This document shows positions 58,899 through 64,000 of a DNA stretch of 64,000 nt, in pieces. The stretch is from a virus (Duplodnaviria; Caudoviricetes). The stretch is taken from the IMG/VR virus record IMGVR_UViG_3300009161_003648, positions 21,708 through 85,707 of that record. One strand, 5' to 3'. The notes beneath the pieces are model-generated. The model did not search any database and had not been told where the DNA came from. It was given only the letters and a program-made list of their open reading frames with translations. Made by a program: the position numbers and the translations under genes. Position 1 is the first letter of the stretch. Each line of letters starts with the position of its first letter.

Positions 58899-59342
58899 TT
58901 ATTTTTTTGTTTTATAAAACTTAAAAAATTCGTTATTTTCAAATACTGAGTTAATCGAATCTTCAATTAAATTATATATTGTTGGTTTTAAACTATCTGA
59001 ATTAACTGGGATTTCATTCTTCATGTAAAGAGTCATTTCACAATTTGTAAAACTTCTTTTTCCGTATTTTACACCTGACTGCCTAATATCAAAGTCTACG
59101 ATTGTTTTATCTTTAAAAAATGGGATAATATTATTTGAATCAATAGAGTTATAGATTGTTTGTCTTATACTTTTATCTGTATCTCGTATTATTCTATTGT
59201 AATTTACTAAACCATCAATTTTTGGTTCAGCCCAAGCCGAAATATTAATATAAATTGCTTTTGGGTTTTTATTATTTACACTACCGTAAACAACATTATA
59301 GTTTTTAAATTGATTGACTTTTAATTCTTTTCCTTTTTTCAT
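58899..59342 (-). CDS. Hypothetical protein
   Basis: 147 aa, preceded by a consensus promoter. Confidence 0.55.
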   Translation of the reverse strand: MKKGKELKVNQFKNYNVVYGSVNNKNPKAIYINISAWAEPKIDGLVNYNRIIRDTDKSIRQTIYNSIDSNNIIPFFKDKTIVDFDIRQSGVKYGKRSFTNCEMTLYMKNEIPVNSDSLKPTIYNLIEDSINSVFENNEFFKFYKTKK

Positions 59343-59361
59343 ACCTGGTGTTTTTTATCCA

Positions 59362-59390
59362 AGTATAGTAAAAAATAATTAATGTGTCAA
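59362..59390 (-). promoter_or_regulatory. Sigma70-like promoter
   Basis: Minus strand TTGACA-N17-TATACT. Confidence 0.7.
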
Positions 59391-59401
59391 TACCCTATGG
59401 C

Positions 59402-59734
59402 TTATTTTTTAATAAAAAATATAACGAATCCTAACACAATTTGCAAAAATGTGACAATAGCAACAGTGGCAACCCATTTATTCTTCTGACTGTAAATTTC
59501 ATCTTTGGCTTCCTTCATTTGCTGTGGTGACCAAACGTCATTAACCTTCTCAATCCAAGTCTTGTGGTCTGAAACTAATCTTTCAGTATTTTTAAAATCG
59601 GATAACGTATTTTGCATTTCTTGAAAGCGAGAATCAATATCTTGTCTCATTCTTTCGTAGTTGTCATTTAATCTTTCTAATTCTTTAAGGACTAACTTAC
59701 TGTAGTCACCCCAAGTTTCATTTTGTGGATTCAT
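59402..59734 (-). CDS. Coiled-coil protein with C-terminal TM helix (possible lysis accessory)
   Basis: 110 aa; C-terminal WVATVAIVTFLQIVLGFVIFFIKK. Confidence 0.45.
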   Translation of the reverse strand: MNPQNETWGDYSKLVLKELERLNDNYERMRQDIDSRFQEMQNTLSDFKNTERLVSDHKTWIEKVNDVWSPQQMKEAKDEIYSQKNKWVATVAIVTFLQIVLGFVIFFIKK

Positions 59735-59737
59735 TTT

Positions 59738-59989
59738 TTAACAAAATTTAAATTGACTTACCATTATTTTTAAATTTTGAAACATTTCTTTATAACACTT
59801 TAACTTCTCGTCTTTATCTTTTTGATTCTCAATTTCAGACGCTTCAAATTCCATTATTTTATTAATTTCTGATACAATAACTTTGTTATTATTATCATCA
59901 ACCTCTACCTCAAAACTATCTAAACAAAGCTTATCACTTAGTTCCTTAAGTTTTATCAAATTTTCGTTGGTTTCAATAGAACTATGCAT
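59738..59989 (-). CDS. Hypothetical protein
   Basis: 83 aa ORF in the head operon. Confidence 0.45.
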   Translation of the reverse strand: MHSSIETNENLIKLKELSDKLCLDSFEVEVDDNNNKVIVSEINKIMEFEASEIENQKDKDEKLKCYKEMFQNLKIMVSQFKFC

Positions 59990-60011
59990 TTTAATTGTAA
60001 ATTAAGTTATC

Positions 60012-60791
60012 TTAATTATCTATTAAGTTATTTTTTAATTCCATGAGTTTAGAAATCTTCTCTAGAAATATTTCATTATCAATTTCTTGCTCTTCTAATA
60101 GTTTACCCTTAACTTTTAATAATTTTTCTTTTGATTCACCTGTCTCCTCGCTAATTAATTTATCCACAATTTTAATACATTCATTAACTTCTGTTTGATA
60201 AAACTCTTTTTTTGCGTCAAGACTTGGGCTCATTAAAACTTTAATCACTTTTTTATCCGAATCAGTCAAAGTAGCATATTTTTCATTGTATTTTTCAACC
60301 ATTAATTTTGAAATCATACTTAATGGTAAATCAAAACTCTCATTGACTTCTTTTGGTTTGTTTGCTAAAATATAATCAGTTATTTTTTTTACTTCTGTCG
60401 TTACTGTTTCAATATTCTGGGGTGTTTTATTGATAAATGTCAATTTTGTAATTGATTCATGCAGGTTCAATAAATCATAGCTATCACTAATATTAAAATT
60501 GACTTTTTTTAACATTGAAGTTAATTTTGTGTTTTCTTTTAATATGTCTTTCTGACTATATTTCTCTAATAATCTTAAGTTTTCTGAAACAAAAGAAAAA
60601 ACAGATAACGAATCGTCGCTTATTTTGTTTTCTATATTACTATAAATTAAAAATTGCGTTCTTAATATTTCACTTTCTTTAATTGCTTTAATATATTGTT
60701 TAAACAATTTTTTAGTCTTTTCGTCTTTTTTTGCAATCGCTTCAACTAGTAAATTATTGAACGTATTTTTAATTTTACCAAAATTTTGCAT
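60012..60791 (-). CDS. Helical head-assembly-associated protein
   Basis: 259 aa, immediately after the portal, preceded by ATATTTAT; LLVE/LHE/VNE motifs. Confidence 0.45.
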   Translation of the reverse strand: MQNFGKIKNTFNNLLVEAIAKKDEKTKKLFKQYIKAIKESEILRTQFLIYSNIENKISDDSLSVFSFVSENLRLLEKYSQKDILKENTKLTSMLKKVNFNISDSYDLLNLHESITKLTFINKTPQNIETVTTEVKKITDYILANKPKEVNESFDLPLSMISKLMVEKYNEKYATLTDSDKKVIKVLMSPSLDAKKEFYQTEVNECIKIVDKLISEETGESKEKLLKVKGKLLEEQEIDNEIFLEKISKLMELKNNLIDN

Positions 60792-60843
60792 TAGTACTAT
60801 TTTACTTTATAAATATCATTATTTGTTCAAAAATCTTAAATTA

Positions 60844-62898
60844 TTATTTCAACATATCATCAATATCATTAATCATAGTGTTAATACCTTCATTTATTTT
60901 TATATTTTTATTATAAATTTTAGTATTTTCTATTGGTTTTGGTTCGTTATCAACCATATCAATTAATTTGTTAATAAATAATCCTTTATATTTTTCGGAC
61001 CTTTCGTTTAATTTATTTTGAATTTTTTTCTTCTCTTCAACTAATAAATTATCAATTTTTTTAATTTCTTCGGCTGTTGTTTCAGCAGCTGTTTCTTCCG
61101 CACCAGCAACTTCACCAGCAGCCGCTGCCTCACCACCTGCTTCAGTAGCTGCTGCTGATTCTTCACCTTCAGCACCAGCTTCAGCACCACCCTCACCACC
61201 ACTAAAATCTAAATCGGTTTCAGTTGTACCACCACCACCAAATCCACCACCTAATCCAGACGTGCTACCACCACCGCCGCCTCCACCTGCAGGGGCTGCA
61301 CCACCATCAGCTGCCGCGCCACCGCCACCTTCCATTGCAGCATCAATATCACCGTAAATTCTATCAACAGTATCAAACATACCTGTATGTTTAATAACTT
61401 GTGCTGTGTTTGCAATTTCAGCAGCTGCCGCTTTTTCCATTCTTTGTTCAAGAAGGTCTTGTTTAATATCATCATCAGACCATCCAAGAATTTCTCTTTT
61501 AGCTCTTGTCATTGACATAGCACCAAAACCATTACCAGCATCAGATACTGCATCTTTGTACAACGTAACTTTTAATTGTGTGTGTTCAACTTTAAGCATT
61601 TCAGCTTGTGTTGATGGATTATTTAATGTTAATGTAAAGTTATCTAAATCATCTTCAAAACCTAATACATACAAATGAATAATTACAATTTTATTTAATT
61701 CCTGTAACATTGCTTGTTGTATTCTGTTAACAGTTCTAGAAAATCTAATATCTTGAAGTGCAAGATTTTTACCATCGCCAGTTGTTTCATCAAAACCTAA
61801 AAATGGTTTTGGAACTCTTAACGCAGTAAATAATTTTTTCTGTAAGTATTCAATATCCGCAATCTGGTCTAGATTTGCAGCACCTGGTAATGTATCGATT
61901 GGATTAGGTGCGTCTTCACTTCTTACAGGAATAAAATAATCTTGGTCGTTTGACAATTGATTATATCTCAAATCAATCTGACCTGTTGCTGGGTCAACAA
62001 TTGGTGCTCTTTTAAATCTATTGGCTATTTCATTTACGTATGCTTCAACATCTTTATCATCAATATTACCAACATAGATTTTATATATTCTTCTTTCTGG
62101 TGCTCTGGTAACACGATAAACCAACATAGCATCTTCAGAAAGAATTAATTGTTTCCAAATTCTTCTAGCCTTTTCTAAAACAGATGTACCATATGGTAAT
62201 CTTCTATCATCACCTAATAATCTAAAGTGAGCCATTTGCCAAGAATTAAACTCAACATCACGGCCTCTCCAATAAAATTTAACCTTATCTGTTATATAAT
62301 TTTCGTCTGTTTTTTGAGTTAACATATCGAACAAACCACCATCACGTCTTTCCATTTCATAGTTTGGCATTTGTTTAACACTAACAACACCATTCTTATC
62401 ATCGATATTAAGGTAGACAAAATTATCACCGTACTTACAAGTATTTCTTGTCCACATGGGTAAAGATGTATGTATATCTAATCTGTTAAACAACAAATCT
62501 TCAACAATGGTTTTAACTCTTTTGCTTTCAGAATAAACATTAATCATTCTACCATTAGAATTTAATGTTGTTGATTCTTCCATCATAATATCTAAAGCGG
62601 CCGCTATTTCTGGATAAAATTCCATAGCTTCAAAATCTGAATACGAACCAATTCTAGTTGTTTCATAATTTACAGCTTGTTGAAATAAGCCTGTCTCAAC
62701 TTTTTTCCATACTTGACCTAAGTATCTATTTTGTTGTGCTTGTAATTTTGCAATCTCAAATTCCTGCTTATCAGTTGTTTTTAATAAAACATCTTTATTG
62801 ATATTAAATCTTTGAGGTGCGGGTTCATTAACTTTAAACCCATCAGGCCCTAATATTTTGCCTAATTTCTGAAATATGGTTAAATTATTTTTTGCCAT
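60844..62898 (-). CDS. gp20: Portal protein, T4 gp20-like
   Basis: MEFYPEIAAALD, CKYGD, AHFRL, YGTSVLEKARRIWKQL.L.EDAML.YR..RAPERRIY.I.VG, QDYFIP.R, TLPG, YLQKKLF.ALRVP. Confidence 0.95.
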   Translation of the reverse strand: MAKNNLTIFQKLGKILGPDGFKVNEPAPQRFNINKDVLLKTTDKQEFEIAKLQAQQNRYLGQVWKKVETGLFQQAVNYETTRIGSYSDFEAMEFYPEIAAALDIMMEESTTLNSNGRMINVYSESKRVKTIVEDLLFNRLDIHTSLPMWTRNTCKYGDNFVYLNIDDKNGVVSVKQMPNYEMERRDGGLFDMLTQKTDENYITDKVKFYWRGRDVEFNSWQMAHFRLLGDDRRLPYGTSVLEKARRIWKQLILSEDAMLVYRVTRAPERRIYKIYVGNIDDKDVEAYVNEIANRFKRAPIVDPATGQIDLRYNQLSNDQDYFIPVRSEDAPNPIDTLPGAANLDQIADIEYLQKKLFTALRVPKPFLGFDETTGDGKNLALQDIRFSRTVNRIQQAMLQELNKIVIIHLYVLGFEDDLDNFTLTLNNPSTQAEMLKVEHTQLKVTLYKDAVSDAGNGFGAMSMTRAKREILGWSDDDIKQDLLEQRMEKAAAAEIANTAQVIKHTGMFDTVDRIYGDIDAAMEGGGGAAADGGAAPAGGGGGGGSTSGLGGGFGGGGTTETDLDFSGGEGGAEAGAEGEESAAATEAGGEAAAAGEVAGAEETAAETTAEEIKKIDNLLVEEKKKIQNKLNERSEKYKGLFINKLIDMVDNEPKPIENTKIYNKNIKINEGINTMINDIDDMLK

Positions 62899-62910
62899 TT
62901 TTTTTATTTA

Positions 62911-62938
62911 ATTATAACGATTTTTTAATTTAAATCAA
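62911..62938 (-). promoter_or_regulatory. Sigma70-like promoter upstream of the portal
   Basis: Minus strand TTGATT-N16-TATAAT. Confidence 0.5.
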
Positions 62939-62940
62939 GT

Positions 62941-63189
62941 TTATTTGACATAATCACATTCTACGTATGCTAATCTTTCTTGCACACCATTTAATACTGA
63001 TATGTCATAAACATAAGTACAAATCCAATCTTGACCCTGTGTCCCAGGCAAAGCATTACAATAAGAATTTTTATCACCCCTATTTCGTATTTTGTTATTA
63101 TATGTTGGCGCTTCGGGGGTCCAAGTATATAAAAAATTACCGTAAGTTTTTAGAGCGTATTTGCCTCTAGATTGTGGTTGAACTGCCAT
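62941..63189 (-). CDS. Small hypothetical protein between terminase and portal
   Basis: 82 aa, three Cys, tightly packed. Confidence 0.5.
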   Translation of the reverse strand: MAVQPQSRGKYALKTYGNFLYTWTPEAPTYNNKIRNRGDKNSYCNALPGTQGQDWICTYVYDISVLNGVQERLAYVECDYVK

Positions 63190-63200
63190 TTTATATTTTT

Positions 63201-64000
63201 TTATTTTGAGCCGCTAAATAACCACATATACTGACCTTTTGGGTCTTGCATATTTCTAGCCACAGTTGGGCTAAAATTTGGTTTTGGTGCGGCAGCTTTA
63301 TGTCTATTTTCTTTTGAAACAAAACCAGTACCCCTTTGTGCCTCAGTATCAGTTTGAACTGTACTTGCAACCCAACTATTTAACATAGCTTTAGTTTGCT
63401 TTTCTAATCTTTCAAGGTTTTTAAATGAATGTTCTAAAACCCACAAACACATTCCCATTGCCATCAACAAATCATCATGATAACCATCCATATGGTCAGC
63501 ACGACCATTTTTATAAACAAATGTTTTCATTTCAGATATCATTCTGGCAGACCTTATCTTAACAATATTATTTCTAATTTTTTCTTCTAAATTAGCAACT
63601 AATTGTGCTCTAAGTGAACTTACTTGAAGGCCTGGGACTTTATTATCTTTTTTATATGCCTCCATTTGTTTTTGTTTAGTTGATAATATTTTACCGTTTG
63701 GTGTATCATAGTGTAACCTTTTGTAATCAAATTCTAATAACTTTAAAACTGTTGCTACACCCATACCACCTGTAATATCGACAACGGTATATGCTTTGTA
63801 TAATTCACCATACTCCTCAACAATTTGGGCCAATAAATCTGGTTGAATCTTACCTTGATATTCCATTACCTGTTCCATTGTTGTAAAATCTAACATAACA
63901 ATAGTAGATGAATCCTCACTATCACCTCTAGAAACGTCAACACCCATAATATATTGGTGACCTTCTTCAGGTTGTTTCCAAATCCAAATTTCATTTTCAG
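63201..64000 (-). CDS. terL: Terminase large subunit, C-terminal nuclease domain (partial; frame open to the window edge)
   Basis: ...WKQPEEGHQYIMGVDVSRG...DSS, ISEMKTFVY, HDDLLMA (RNase H-like acidic residues). Confidence 0.9.
   Translation of the reverse strand, partial: ENEIWIWKQPEEGHQYIMGVDVSRGDSEDSSTIVMLDFTTMEQVMEYQGKIQPDLLAQIVEEYGELYKAYTVVDITGGMGVATVLKLLEFDYKRLHYDTPNGKILSTKQKQMEAYKKDNKVPGLQVSSLRAQLVANLEEKIRNNIVKIRSARMISEMKTFVYKNGRADHMDGYHDDLLMAMGMCLWVLEHSFKNLERLEKQTKAMLNSWVASTVQTDTEAQRGTGFVSKENRHKAAAPKPNFSPTVARNMQDPKGQYMWLFSGSK

Noticed and set aside
1-64000. Alternative genetic code (TAG/TGA recoding) as in some large phages
   Set aside because: Conserved proteins are full length under code 11, and TAG (17290-17292) and TGA (e.g. 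ATGA overlaps at 20944, 21723, 28930) act as ordinary stops with tight gene packing
60844-64000. Introns/inteins in portal or terminase
   Set aside because: The portal core is contiguous and the visible terminase part has no intein or homing-endonuclease motifs; the 82-aa ORF between them shows no endonuclease signature

Overview
AT-rich, densely coding 64-kb segment of a large T4-like (myovirus-type, jumbo-class) tailed phage using the standard genetic code. Start codons lack Shine-Dalgarno motifs and usually have A at -3, which points to a Bacteroidota host (inference). Layout from left to right: (1) minus-strand tail-fibre/adhesin cluster at 1-13.5 kb, with a signal-peptide beta-helix protein, tandem paralogs, a 2072-aa repeat fibre, a LamG-like protein and an S74-chaperone fibre; (2) a divergent operon of probable internal head proteins including a WYL-like domain (13.6-15.9 kb); (3) a ~30-kb plus-strand block (16-46.4 kb) with dUTPase, IMPDH/GMP reductase, an HD-like protein, PhoH and a very large glycan-biosynthesis island; (4) a gp55-like sigma factor followed by baseplate/virion genes (46.4-53.8 kb); (5) a minus-strand head module at 53.8-64 kb with major capsid, scaffold, prohead protease, portal and partial large terminase. 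The glycan island holds about 13 glycosyltransferase-like genes, 3 methyltransferases, Gmd, a ColD-type His-variant 3-dehydratase, Fcl/ColC, a split TPP-dependent E1 alpha/beta pair, an SDR, a double nucleotidyltransferase, a PRK-like kinase fusion, a class II aldolase, a HAD and a GDPD-like protein. The most striking system is this export-free glycan pathway, which can plausibly make GDP-colitose and a GDP-linked yersiniose-type branched sugar, probably for virion glycosylation. Also notable are a recurrent ATATTTAT candidate late promoter (reverse complement of the T4 late box), a candidate three-way-junction leader RNA, shared [LIV]xE maturation motifs in putative ejected proteins, and apparent GATC avoidance. 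All protein calls come from motif recognition; no database searches were run.
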